The notes beneath the pieces are model-generated. The model made no database searches. It had not been told where the DNA came from and was given only the letters and a program-made list of their open reading frames with translations. Below, piece after piece: positions 1 through 14,232 of a stretch of 64,000 nucleotides of DNA. Each line of letters begins with the position of its first letter. The stretch's first letter is position 1. Source of the stretch: Sarea resinae (Eukaryota); contig JAPEUD010000041.1 of the NCBI GenBank assembly GCA_026026165.1, positions 1 through 64,000 on the forward strand. The letters are read 5' to 3'. The translations under genes were made by a program, and so were the position numbers.

Positions 1-51
<51 letters not shown>
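1..51. repeat. poly-G homopolymer at window edge
   Basis: 51 consecutive G. May be an assembly or sequencing artefact. Confidence 0.9.
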
Positions 52-53
<2 letters not shown>

Positions 54-928
54 TAAAAAGGGGTTTCTGGTTTCACTACTTTTCCAAAGTATCAGAATAT
101 ACAGAAATTTTAATGGGTGGACGTTGTGGTGATGGTGGCCAGCCAGCCAGCCAGCCAGTCAGCCAGTCAGCGAGAGAGACTACTTTCTATATTCCCTATA
201 GCGTACAACATGTTCCAAGAAGCGGGGGGGATGGGCATAGGCAACGTGAAGCCTGAAGTGAAGAAAGCAAGGAAGAAAGCGATGGGTGGCGTGCATTTCT
301 TTCCCATCAGTCATGTCTAACCAACCAACCATCCATACATACATACATACATACATACTCAGCTCTGATCCAATAACCCAAAGGGCAAGGAAAAATCATA
401 GACCCCAGCCTTTCACGTTTCGCCTTTCGCTTCCTCGGGTAGAATAAAAATCCAACAAATGATACGTGTTTTGACTCATAGTATTGCCCGTCCTGTTCGC
501 TACATGGCAGAATCTGTGGGCCACTATGTCGCGTTCCTCAAGTCTTCCCTCAGAGAGAGAGATCGTCAATGGCTGACAAGGCTGAAAGAGCGAGTGTATC
601 AAATTCTGGTAACCCCTTCGAGACGCATACAAGACCTATCACGTACCACGTAACATGCCCTCGCGCATTCGTCAAGGCGGTAGAAAGAAAGCAAGGACGA
701 AGAAACATAGAAAAAAGAGAAAGACGGTGTTCGCAAGACAAGGCAATGGCAAGGCTACCCTCACTCTTCGTCCCTCTCGGATAGTATTGCTCACCGTCGC
801 CCCGCCGCAATGATCCAATCCAAAGCAAGCCAATCCAAAGCAAGCCAATCCAAAGCAACCCTTCTCTCGTCTCGCCCACCCATCCACCCAAACAAACAAA
901 CAAACAGACGAAAGAGAACCCCACCTGC

Positions 929-3573
929 TCACTTCCCCATCAGATGCTTCATGGTACAGAACATCAACTCTCCAATACCCTTGACGCCCCTCATACCAAG
1001 CCACTTCAGCACGTCGAGTCGATACTCCTGCCAGCCGACCTCGAGGCCGCCGTCCCTGGCCAGCTTACTCAGAGATCTAGCCGTCACGGGGCCCACATGT
1101 CGCGCCTTCAACTGCCGCGGCTGTCCTGTCTCGGTGCTCTCTGACTCGGCACCGTCCTCCAGGTCGCGGAAACAGGTGCTGCTGGCTCGACAGATACGGG
1201 TGTCGAGCGAGAGCGAAAAGATGGACGATAGCGTCGCCGTGTCCCTGAGCGTCTTCTCCGTGTACGTGCGCAAGGGTGCCAGAAGCGTCGGGGGCAGGAG
1301 ACAGGCGAGGGCGTTGGGGTCGTCCGGGTTGAAGGCCCGGTTCCGCCAGAGACAATTGCAGATGTCGATAAGGTAGCCGTTGAAATGGTTGATGTAATCT
1401 CGTGGATAGGACGCCGGCGGGATAGCTCCGACGGTGTGGACGGTGCTGCTGCGGCGCGCTGGTGTGTGAGGCGCCATGCTGGCTTCAAAGGCGCGTTTGT
1501 AGGCTGCGAGGATGGAGCAGAGGCGCGAGAGAGTAGTCAGCGAGGGGGAGAAGAAGAGGAGGTAGACTATTTGCGAGGGCGGCACGGCAATGTGAATGTG
1601 GGGGTGAGTAGGGACGTGGGAGAGGAGTTCTGTGAAGGTTTCGTAGAAGGATAGGATGGAAGATGTTGTGGCCTGAGTGGGCGAATTGCAGAGTATAGTT
1701 AGGCAGAGCGTGGAGACGTGGTTGAAGAGGTCGGTGATGGGTGAGACAGGGATTGCGGGAGCGGCGGAGAGGAATCTGATGGTCCAGCGGCGGAGTAAAG
1801 AGGTGTAGAAATCAAGGATGCTGATCTGTGCCTTGCGGTTGTGTTCGAGGAGTCTAGCCCTGCTCTCGGGGGTATTCTCATCTAGACCAGATATGGGAAC
1901 ACTGAGTATGACACTTTCCAACGTGCTGAAATATGATCCCTGTAGGTCTGCAAATTGTTAGGTTATGTGACGAACAGGCTCTAGGTGACATTACCTCTGA
2001 AGTCATCCAACTCCGAGTAAGAAAGCAGCTCAGTCACGATCCTGTCGGGGGGCAAATCGTTCCAACCCCGAGATTCTATATATTGGGGGAGATACCAGCG
2101 AAGAGGAGCGTTCAACGACTGAAGTGGTCAATGGTCAATCAAAACTGATGTTGAAGAGATACGAACCTTTGTATATCGGACAAAGCTCAGCAGTTGGCTA
2201 AGCAGTGGCAAAAGAAGTGCATTATCTTGAAAACTCTCGAGCATCTGCATGTCCTCCAAGAAGAAACTCTCAAGCCAGCTCTCGATACGTCTAGATATCA
2301 CCTTCGATGGCTTCAGTACGACGAGTTTCTGCAACAAGGGATCACCAAGCGCAGAGATCATCTGGTTAGGGTATTCGAGCTTCTCGAGCTTATTGATGAA
2401 GTCTTCGACGTTCTCGATCTCTTCTAGCGTAATAGAAGACTACTAGATTGTTAGTATGACGAACTCAGAATGGAGAGAGGCGACTTACCTCGCTGGCATG
2501 AGATGTGTGTACTTCTGGCAGAGCAGAGACCCTACTTCGCTTTGCGCCGTTCCTCAAAACTCTGAAGCTTGACTCTTGCGGGTGAAATACAGCGGCAATG
2601 CGAGCTTGCGCCTCCTGGATTGCATGAAGTCTCTCCCGCCATTCGGGATTTGGATGCTAGAACACGTTAGTTGGAGCTCAATGACAGGCGTGCTGCAGGC
2701 CCAACTTACAGCAAAGTATGAGGCTTTGCGCCCTTGATGATGATATTGCATGATATCTGGATAATAGTTCTGAAATACTCTGATAAGCCCAGAAATAGCA
2801 GGCTCATAGCCTACGCTCCTTGAAAGCTCTAGGCTATAGGTCTCGCGTTAGAGTCAAAAATACCCAAGCCCTCTCAGAAAACCTACAGCATCTGGATCCT
2901 AAAAGGTTTCACATTCTTGCGTCGCGTGATCAATGATAGTAAGTGGCACAACGGAGCTCTGCGAACATTAGCTTTCGAACAGGCTCATGGAGGTTCTATA
3001 TCACAACTCACCGCAGGCTAATCATGTCCAGCATGTTGAAGAGCACACCGTACAAGCTTATCAGAGCCTTCGGATCCTCCAAAACCTCGTAGACCATGAT
3101 AAGCCATTTCAACAAAGAGGCCTGCGTAGATGGAGAAGGCTTGCTCTGGCCAGGGCCCAGACAACCGACCACTCTGAACACAACATCGCTGGAGACCTTG
3201 CCCGCGGGATACAGGCTCTTAATGATGCCGGTATTTGCTGACTGATTCAAGCCGTTGGGCCGCGTGATAGTTTCAATGAGAATATCCAGGACGTCCGCTG
3301 GAAGTCCATACTCGTAGGCGTGACCGCAGACAACGTTGACAGCCGAAGCATATTCTATTCTCCGTGATGCTATCATGATGATATATATCAGTTCGGCAGC
3401 AGCAGTGACAGTGGTATACCAGATAAGACGAACCGTGACGGATTGTATCAACAGCATCACGCAATTGATCACTTTCGTGATGCTGAGCTGCTTCATCTGA
3501 CTGGGGATTAGGACCATATTGAGGTAGGCAGCGGGTTTAGGTGTATCCTACCTGAAGGAAAGAGAGACGGCAT
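929..3573 (-). CDS. mis6: Centromere protein CENP-I (Mis6/Ctf3 family), multi-exon
   Basis: Spliced exons read MPSLFPS|DEAAQ..DAVDTIRH|ASRRIEYASAVNVVCGHAYEYGL..LFNMLDMISLR|APLCHLLSLITRRKNVKPFRIQML|..SITLEEIENV..; the last exon has FNGYLIDICNCLWRNRAF and GVKGIGELMFCTMKHL, typical of fungal Mis6. The start is inferred from intron 3497-3551. Confidence 0.85.
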
Positions 3574-3651
3574 GTTCACGAGGTAAATCAGAAAGAAATG
3601 TGTTACTGCCCCGCTTGTCCTGCTTGAAGGCAGTCGAGACGTGGTTTGCCG

Positions 3652-3658
3652 TGTTTAC
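3652..3658 (-). promoter_or_regulatory. Forkhead-type site GTAAACA upstream of mis6, with CGCG elements near 3690-3700
   Basis: TGTTTAC on the + strand, about 80 nt upstream of the inferred ATG of a mitotic gene. Short motif only. Confidence 0.3.
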
Positions 3659-4504
3659 TTTGTCGTTATCGGACACTCTTGGGCAATATCGCGTGTCGCG
3701 CCTCGACACGTCTAAATAGCCTGAGGGGCAATCCGAGCACCCGCGACGTTCAACATAACCTGACCAAGAACCTTGGAGAACCCAAGACAGATTATCAGAC
3801 GTCTCCCAACTTACTTTATTTGGTATATGGCATTGTGGAATCTGATCCTGGTACTATTTTACTCTTGATACCTCAAGGCGCATGGGGGGTCGTCGGTCGA
3901 TACCAGCCAATATAGCTCACCACAGCGCGTAGGCTCAGACTTGAGTCGCAAATCGTCTCGATCAGGTCAAGTAAGAAGTTACAGCGAATGGACCAACATA
4001 TTGAACATCACGAGCGCAACCTATCATCATACAACAAAAGCGTCCATTTAATTGCTATCATTTCGGCGTAAAGAGACACATCAGGGCGCACCGGCGAAGC
4101 AGTGAGAAAAGAAACTAGGGTTCAGCCAGGATAGAATGGGGATGGTAAGAACAATAGAAAGGAAGATAGGAAAACAGGAGAAGAAAACTACAAAGCTGTT
4201 CCGTTGGGAAAAGCTACATAATTCTCTTCCCTTTGCCTCCGCTTCTTCCGAAGTACCCCTTTCTTATGCCCCTCTTCCTTTTCAACCTGGCCAAGCGTAT
4301 CTCTAACAACACCACCCCACCCAAACTTTCGATCCCACAACTTTTCGAACCTTGTTTAAAAGCCTGGCGAAAGCAAAAGATACTGTTCCAGGAACGTCGC
4401 TTGCAGGCTTGTCGTGACAACTTATGAGAGATCTGAAGAGGAAACGCGAGGCGCTGCCACGATCAGTGCTTGCTCACATATTTGTTCGAAGAGCCGAGTA
4501 TACC

Positions 4505-6049
<1,545 letters not shown>

Positions 6050-6364
6050 CTTGATCGATTAAGAGACTGAACCTGTGAATAGGTAGAGGAAAGAGGGTCC
6101 CCAAGAAGTTGAAAGGCAGCTGATGTAGATGAAGTCTACCAGCTAACCCAAGTATGTGAGAGGAGAGTAGAAGAGCCGACAAGGATACGTGTCGTGGATG
6201 ATGGATGGACAAAGAGGTGAGAAGGGAGAGTGAGAGGAGAGAGGAACGGGAAGTGTGCGGTTGTGGTTGTGGTGGTTGGCTGGGGGTGTGGGTGCAGGTC
6301 GGCCGGTGGTGGGCGTGAATGTGGGCCTGGCGCCAGACGAGACTTGCTCGTTAAGGAGGTATGA

Positions 6365-6379
6365 TTTCCTTATCAGGAA
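6365..6379. promoter_or_regulatory. Mcm1/SRF (CArG-like) box in the actin promoter
   Basis: TTTCC-TTATCA-GGAA, about 320 nt upstream of the actin ATG. Confidence 0.45.
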
Positions 6380-7492
6380 GTATTAGTGTCCGTCAGTGGG
6401 AAGGTGCGAGGGCGAGAAGGCTGGGGCAAGGTACAAGCTGGCACGAGTAGGAGTACTTGGTACGTACCCACCTCTGTTAGGCGACGGCGGCGGTGGACGA
6501 GGGCCGAGGGGGAAACGCGCAATCAATCGACGGAGAGGAAGTCGGTGAACGAACTGGAGAGTCGTGCTAGGACGTGACGGACTGTCATTCGAGCCAGCCC
6601 TGGAGGTCACCCGTACTCGTCCGGATGCCTGATGAGTGCTGTCACTCGAAGTCTTCCGTACTTGGTCCCCAACCAAAAGCTCCTCATTCAGGCAAGGTAC
6701 GGAACACCTCAGGTAACTTCCACCTGAAGCTCTTGGAGCGAACGGGCACGGACACGGGCACAGGCACAGAAGCACAGATGGGAAACACATGAGATGGATC
6801 CATGGATGAGTCTACGAGTGTTGACCGCGAACGAGTATCGCAAAGGCTTGCTGATGAGCAGCCAGCACCGTCGGACATCCTCTGAGTACGCGCGTCGATG
6901 CCTGGGAGACGCAATATCATCCATCCCATTCATGATAATTCGACCACAGATATCGGAGTATGTACGCCGTAGTTCTTGGCCTATGGACTACCCAGGTCTG
7001 CCAGAGAGCATTGCGCGGACAGAGGCACAATGAACATCTCACTGTCAAACAACATACAGCGCCAGCCTGCGCAATCTTCTCACCATGGAGATTCCCATCT
7101 CACCCATGGTGGGGAATGTCCAGCATTGGCAAAGGTGGCTGAGCCTGAGCCGCAGCCGCACGTTGAAATGCTGACCCCCTACCCTGGATGGCGGGGTACC
7201 TTCTACGTAGTACATAGTACTTTGCCATCTCGACCCAAGTCGTCATGGACGGTGGAAGCCGGGAGGACCATAGATTCAGCGAGGCCGACCAAGGCAAGCA
7301 GTGCCAAACCTCCATGATACTGGGCTGGTAAGAGAGCCAGGTGCTGGGTATCATTCTAACAGAATTCACCATCACCTCAATTGCATTTGCACTTGCACAT
7401 GTTTTCGTCATCGAGACAATCCAAATCTTCATTCCGCCCGCACGTGGTTAGGACAAGGCACCCTGCAGAAGCGCAGAGAAACTCACAGCACG

Positions 7493-7556
7493 TTCCCGAA
7501 GCAGCGGGAATCCGCTCGAAATTGCACCAAATGTCTAACGCGTCCGCCGTATAAAA
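7493..7556 (+). promoter_or_regulatory. Heat-shock element plus TATA box of fes1
   Basis: TTCccGAA (7493-7500), further GAA at 7508 and 7518 (10-nt spacing, step-type HSE), then TATAAAA at 7550-7556, upstream of an Hsp70 co-chaperone gene. Confidence 0.65.
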
Positions 7557-7701
7557 TTATCTCGATGCAGTCATAGTTATCGTAAGGAGGGACGAAGAAT
7601 AAGTAAAATCAAATTGGAACTCCGCATTGGCACCATATCTCAGATCAATCTCTTCTTTCTCCACAGTACTTCGAGCAAGAAAAACAGATATCACATCAAA
7701 A

Positions 7702-8436
7702 ATGAATGATCCAGGCTTGAATCAGCTCCTAAAATGGGGTGTCGAGAACTCCACCACCTCGCAGTCCGACCAAACCTCCGCCCCCTCAACCGCAAACCGG
7801 AACCTCAATCCAGATGCCCTCGCCGCCCTTTTCGGTGGTCCGTCGGACGCAGACCTCATGCGCGAATCCATGGCCGTCATTACTTCTCCTGACCCAGCTG
7901 CCACGCTCGACAATAAACTGATAGCCTTTGACAACTTCGAACAACTCCTCGAGAGCGTGGATAACGCGAACAACCTCGAGCCTCTAGGATTATGGACGCC
8001 ACTAGTCGGACAACTCGAGAGCCCAGAGGCGGATTGCAGACGATTCGCCGCATGGTGTGTGGGCACGGCTGTACAGAACAATGTCAAGGCACAGGAAAGG
8101 GTAAGTGGTTTTTTCCCATTGGTTCTGGATGTTCTTGACCATATACTGACGACTTTTTGTGAATAGCTTCTGGCACTCAACGCAATACCTACCCTGGCAA
8201 CCCTCGCCCTGACCGACCCCGTGGAAACCGTTCGCAGAAAAGCAGTCTACGCTCTCTCCTCCGCAACCCGTAATTATCAGCCTGCTCTCGACTCCGCCGT
8301 CACACATCTCCCCACTGACATCGTGGGGGAGGCCAAAGCCGATGCAGGGGATATGGAGAATGTGGATGGTATTATGCAGAGATTGAGGGATCGTTCAGCC
8401 AAGAGGGAGACGGAGGGTGTGGAGAATCTGTATTGA
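7702..8436 (+). CDS. fes1: Hsp70 nucleotide exchange factor Fes1
   Basis: [50 protein letters not shown]|..[11 protein letters not shown]; intron 8101-8167. Confidence 0.95.
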
Positions 8437-9220
8437 TTCTTTTTGGCCAGAGATTCGTGTGAGGATGTGGATGCTGTGTTATGGCATCAAATGTATGCGT
8501 GGACTGGAGTTAGGGCGTCTGGAAGACCAAGGAGAATCGACGGATGAATCGATGAAATATGAGGGATCCTCATTTAAAACCAGGGTAATTTGACGACTAG
8601 ACTTTTTTGGGCGATTTTTCTATATGAGAGACAAAATATACGCCAATGTTATTTCAATATCAGCTTCAATATGGATGACGATAACATCAGCATTGCTTTC
8701 CCCTATGAACCAAAGGATCATATATTCACTGTCGTATAATACAGAAGCAGAACGTAAGTCAGAAGCAGATGCCTGTACGGAGCAAGTGTCCATATAATTA
8801 ATAGGCTGCCTACCTACCTACGTTAGCCCATGGCGCACTTGACATTCGAGAATTCAAATCGAACAAAAAGTGTTACGATATGATATCTTCAGGCTATAGC
8901 TGAGGGTCTCAACATGGCCATAATACTCGGGCAAACTCGGCTCAAGAACTTGTTGCTTTGCTCTTGTTTCTGTTTCTAGAGATGTGCTAGAGCTCCAGAG
9001 TGTCACATAAAGAGATCAGCCTCGCTTGCCAGACAGGGGTGCCAGCTACCTTAGCCGCGACGCCGCATCATCACTCTGTGAACCATCCCGCGTAAGCTTC
9101 AACATCCTGCAAGCTGGTCACGCATTCACGAAAAGCTGGCTGCAACCGTTCATCTTCACCTTGGACTGAAATCATACTTGAAACGCTTGCTCGGCTGTCA
9201 AGAGGAAGCGAATCTGCGCA

Positions 9221-9903
9221 ATGGAAAGCCACAGGCTATTCCGATTCCCCAAACCACAATGGATCAATAGCGCCAACACGCGAACGGCGGGCGTCTATCT
9301 TGCCGGCGCACTGGTATGCTGCGCTCTGCTGGTGTCACTCGCTCTCACCTTTCACTAACGGAATCCTCTATAGTTCTCACTCGGATTCTTCTTCTTCATC
9401 GACGCCTCGACGTTCTCACATTCCGCCAAGAATGGCTCCGACGTCCACATCAAGTTTGTGGATTGGATACCAGGCATCTGCTCGGCGCTGGGCATGCTCG
9501 TCATCAACTCCATCGACAAGACGAGGCTGAGTGCGGATAGCTTCAGCTACTCGGGGAATCACGTTGCATGGAAGGCTCGGGTGATTCTGTTCTTCGGCTT
9601 CGCGCTTATGGCGGGGGGTTTGGCTGGCTCGGTGGTAGGTTTCGTCATGGGCTCTCCTGATAAAATAGACACTGATTCAGCTGGGGGATTTAGACTGTCT
9701 TGGTGCTGAAATATGTGGTCCCCAATTATCCATTCCCGACGCTCTACTTTGGTATTGCGAACGTCATCGCAAACGGCCTGATCATGCTGAGGTTTGTTTC
9801 CTTCTGGTGGTTGTCAAGTCGGGTACTGACAGGTTGCAGTTCTGTTGTGCTTTGGATCGCGCAGAACATGGAAGATGACTACACATACAATCTGGCGTTG
9901 TGA
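9221..9903 (+). CDS. vps68: Vacuolar protein sorting protein Vps68 (UPF0220), 4 exons
   Basis: MESHRLFRFPKPQW..RTAGVYLAGAL|FSLGFFFFIDA..FVDWIPGICSALGMLVINSIDK..|..VVLWIAQNMEDDYTYNLAL. Confidence 0.93.
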
Positions 9904-10629
9904 GTGCCAGCGAATCGATACGACGGGAGGCTAGGAAAACATCGAGCGAAGTGGAAGCGGGGAGATTGCTGCAAACATTATCCATACGATGCGGAGCATT
10001 GGGCGCCCTCGGTGCATATGTACTCTAAGGTTTAATAATTTACTGTTCCACCACTCGCCCTCGTGCAAAGGCTTCTTTCACACGGCGCAATGTCTCCTTA
10101 TCAGTACTCTAGGGCCAATATTTTCAAGTGAATCTCGGTCACATGTCACGTTTGCCAGCTTCGCTCAAAGCAAGGCTCGGTGTTGATTCCAGCGAATGCG
10201 TATTTCTTGCATTCAGATGTATCATGGCAGACAACGTTGACCGAGATGCCAGCTTGGCCATTGACTCGAAGCCTGCGCTGATTCCCAACGTCTGCGCAAA
10301 CCGGCAGGCTGTTGACGCGTCAGTTTCGCACCGGCCCTTTTCTCATATATGAATCAGGTTTCCTTCAGACTTATCGACGCATTCACTTGGTCTACAGCTC
10401 AACGGCCCTCGCATTCCACCCGGCTGGTAGACACCAACTCCCAGAAATGTGATATCCGCACTTTCTCCCTCTGGCACCCCCACCCACCCTCTCGCAACGC
10501 AGAATCTTCCCCTTAGACTCCTCCATCCTCTCGCAACTCCGAGACCTCCTCCCAGTCCCCGTCCCCATCGGCAATGGTTTAAAGACCCCGTCCAGCACCA
10601 GCAATAGCAACAGCAACCAAACCCAAGAA

Positions 10630-11760
10630 ACCTATCTAATAAAAATCCTCATGCCTAGCACCAAGCTCGAGGAGAGGACGGCTGGTTATAGCCCAAGCCT
10701 GTCAATCCCTAGAGTACGGCTACGGCTATAGCTATAGCCTCCTCTCCTGCCTATTTCCTCACCGGGCTATTGACTCCTCTATCTATGCTATCTACCTTGG
10801 CTATAATCTTTATAATCTCTATGACTCTACACTATATCCTTCACTCTACACTCTACACTACCTTTACACCTCTTATAAGTATATAGATTATATACTATAT
10901 ACTATATATTACACTCTACACTCTATATTACCTTGAAGTACCTCTCTCTTTCTTTTCTCTCTATAAAAATTTTATCTAAACACTCTATAACCTCTCTTTT
11001 TAAGCACCTTTAACTACGCCTCTAGCCTACCTACCTACATACCTACTTGTATCTACCTACCTACCTTACCTACTACTTACCTACCTACTTATTAATACTT
11101 ACTTTCCTACCTATCTAACCCCTACTCTTTAGCCTCGACTCTCTAACCCTTACTCTCTAATCTCTAAACGTCTAACCCTTACTCTCTAACCCTTTATATA
11201 ATATAATATCTTTCTCTTTTCTTTCTCTTTTCTTTCTCTTTCCTTTCTCTTCTCTTTCTCTTCCTTCTATATGACTCTTACTAAGTCTAAGAGATTAAAA
11301 TATAGAGGTAAGAGGTAAGAGGTTAGAGGTTAGAGGGTTAGATAACTATAAAGGCAAAAAGAGAAGGAGAAAGAAGAGAAGAAAGAGAAAGAAGAGAGGA
11401 AAGAGAAAGAGAGAGGAAAGAGAAAGAGGATAATAAAGTGTAATAGGATTATAGAGTACAGGATAGGATAGGATTAGAAAGGATAGAATAGTACAACAGA
11501 ACAGAATAGGACAGAATACTAGATAGAACAAAAATAGTAGAAGGACAGAGAAAATAGTAAGAAGAAGAAGAAGAAGAACAGAAATACTATACACTCTAAC
11601 ACTCTAACACTATACTAGATAACATGAACCAGTAAATATCTACTACCTACCTACCTTACCTACCTACCTTACCTACCTACCTTACCTACCTACCTACCTA
11701 TATACAGCAACTCTAGAGTACCTATACAACCTCTACACCTTTTCTTTCTTCTGTCTGTCT
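10630..11760. repeat. AT-rich, TpA-rich low-complexity island with RIP-like signature
   Basis: Arrays of CTAC, CTACACT and CTCTAACCC/GAGGTTAG plus purine and pyrimidine tracts. TpG is visibly depleted and TpA enriched relative to the flanks. Confidence 0.75.
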
Positions 11761-12310
11761 TTTCTTTCTTTACCTTCTCTCCCTGCCTACCTCACCCTAC
11801 CTCCACCGTCCACCTCCCTATAAATCAAATCCACACACACAGCACTAGGGGGACCACAATCTTCTCAGGCAAAAAAGGGGGACACGATTGATTGTTCCGT
11901 TAAAAATACACTGTGACCATTTCAGAGAAAAAGAAAAAGAAAAAGGAAAACAAGGGAAAACAAGAAAATGCAACTAGTAAAAGGGAAACACGAGAGAACG
12001 AGGCTTTCGCAGCGACCGTCTACCCGTCCATCCATCGTACCCAGCCTTTTCACCGTTGGTTGGGAGACAGGAAAAGAAAGGGGAAGGGCCGTCACTTCAC
12101 TTCACGTCACTGACTGCAGCGACTTCACGTCACTAGCCTCATCTAGAAAAGAGGCGGCGATATGAGAAGAACAAAATCAAGAATTGACCGGCACGCCGAC
12201 AAGGAAAGAACAATTAGAAAAGAAAACGACAGACCAGACCCCGACGGAAGCTTGAAGATGTCCCTTGCCTGTGAAACGCTTGTAAGGAGCCGTAGAAAGT
12301 AGTACACCCA

Positions 12311-14061
12311 TCATATCTCCACCTCCTTCATCTCGTCCGTGCCGTCGACACCTTTCGCGCCCGAGATGCCACTCACTCCTTCGACACCGAGACCCGTCAC
12401 CCCTTTTGCATCCCCGTTCTGCTTTTGATCCGGCGCGCCATCACTCCCGGCCCTGTCACTCGCCCCCAACCGCTTTTCTTCATCGCTCACCCTCGGCGTG
12501 CCCACTTCGACGAGCTTGCCACTCTTCTCGCTCCCCACCGCGCTCCCCACCGCCGTAGTACCCGAAATCGAGCCGTTCTTGAACGCGTCCCCTCCAGTGT
12601 GAACGGTCAACGGAGCTGGCATCTCCTCCGCTACTCTAGCCAGAGGACTGGACTTGCCAAATGGGCCACGAGGGCTGTTGCTGGCATTGCCGCTCGGGAA
12701 ACGCTGAGGTGATCGTCCTCTCTCTTCATCTCCGGCAGTGGGACTGCCATATGGCGACCCACCGCTTGACTTCCGGTGGCCGTTCGAGTTTGCATTTGCC
12801 GGAGCCTTTCGCCTCGGGCCCTTTCGACCGTACTTCTGGTCCATCCTCCACCGCAAGATATCCAAGTATGCAGGCTCGACGTTGTCCGATTTGAATTCTT
12901 TCAACTTCAGCTCTCCGGTCTCTTCGTCGACGAAGACTTTCTCGCTGGTCATATCGTCCGCCACGGTCGCGAGAAAAGCCGACCAGGATCGAGCGACGAC
13001 ATACTTGCAATCGTAGTCTCGACCAAAGATGATGACCTGACCCCATTTTCCTGCGGGCCCGGGCGCAAGGTCGACAGCAAGGTTATTTCCACCCCAATCA
13101 CGCGCCAAAGGGATCCAAGCAGGGTGGGCATAGGCTTTCTGTACCGCCCTCGGAGGCTGGGAATCCTGCTTGTCAAGAAGCTCTTGTCTCCAGAGCGTGG
13201 CTGGAGCTTGCTGTGGTGCCGAAGAAGAAGATGACGACGCTCCACCGAAAGCCTTGAGAGGAGTCTGCGGCTGCTGATAGGTTGCTCGAGAGAGGTATTC
13301 CTCATTGACCGTCCTCCAATTCTGCCATTCTTGAACTATTTCCTCGCAATCCAGCAGCATACAACCGAAAATGATACCGGTCGGAAGACCACCACGCTCT
13401 TGGCCGTCGTGGATCTGCAAGGTCTCGCGAACCTCCATGGGCAGAGAGACGTCGAGCTGGTGTTCGAGCTCATTCACGTCATTCTGTGTGCACCCTTCCG
13501 AGAGCTGATCGAAGAGCTCCGTGTAGTTGTCTTCCGTCCACCGTTCGATCCGTTTCCACGAGTGAGCGACTGGCGGAGGAGGTGGGAGACCGTCTTGAAA
13601 GCTCTGCATCTGAATCTCTCCAGGGTTGACGCTGTCAAACGAATTGCCATCCGCCGACTGCTTTCCAAGCATGGTGCTGGATCTCATTCCGGGCGAGTAA
13701 GGCGAGTTGGGAGATTTGCCCGGCCAGCCATTCGCACCGTCACCGTTCAACGGCACGGCAGACTGCGGACCATTGTTGTCATTGTAAGTCGACTCCAGAT
13801 CGGCTCGTGATTCAAAGGCCGTCGTTGCAACCGAGGTCAGAGGAGCGTGCCGACTCTGCGCCAACGGAACGTGTTGACCGGTGCGATATGGAGAGTCGTG
13901 CGAGGCATGGCGATCGTAGGATGTCATGGTGTGCCAAAAGGAGCGTAACGTCGACCCAATGCTATCGGCAGGAAAGATGATCAGCACCGAGATGGTCCCA
14001 ATCATGAGACGGGGCATTGATGCTCGCCAGTGGGAAAGGGGATAACATACGAATTCGCCAT
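12311..14061 (-). CDS. smi1: Glucan synthesis regulator Smi1/Knr4
   Basis: MANS|IGSTLRSFWHTMTS..HDGQERGGLPTGIIFGCMLLDCEEI..YAHPAWIPLARDWGGNNLAVDLAPGPAGKWGQVIIFGRD (SMI1/KNR4 domain). Confidence 0.95.
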
Positions 14062-14146
14062 GGTGGGCGCAGGGCACGATAGCCGCCGACACGAACGATG
14101 GCAGAACGATTGAGGCTGCTAGTGAAGAGAAAAGCAGGAGATGAAG

Positions 14147-14232
14147 TTGATGATGACGATGATGGTGATGGCGACGATGATGATGATGATGATGATGAGG
14201 AAATGCCTGATGATGAGGAAATGCCTGATGAA
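14147..14232. repeat. (GAT)n tract with an 18-nt tandem duplication (TGATGATGAGGAAATGCC) in the smi1 leader
   Basis: Seen directly in the sequence. Confidence 0.8.

Noticed and set aside
11346..11594. Hydrophobic 82-aa ORF
   Set aside because: It is a translation of purine/pyrimidine simple repeats inside the RIP-like island.
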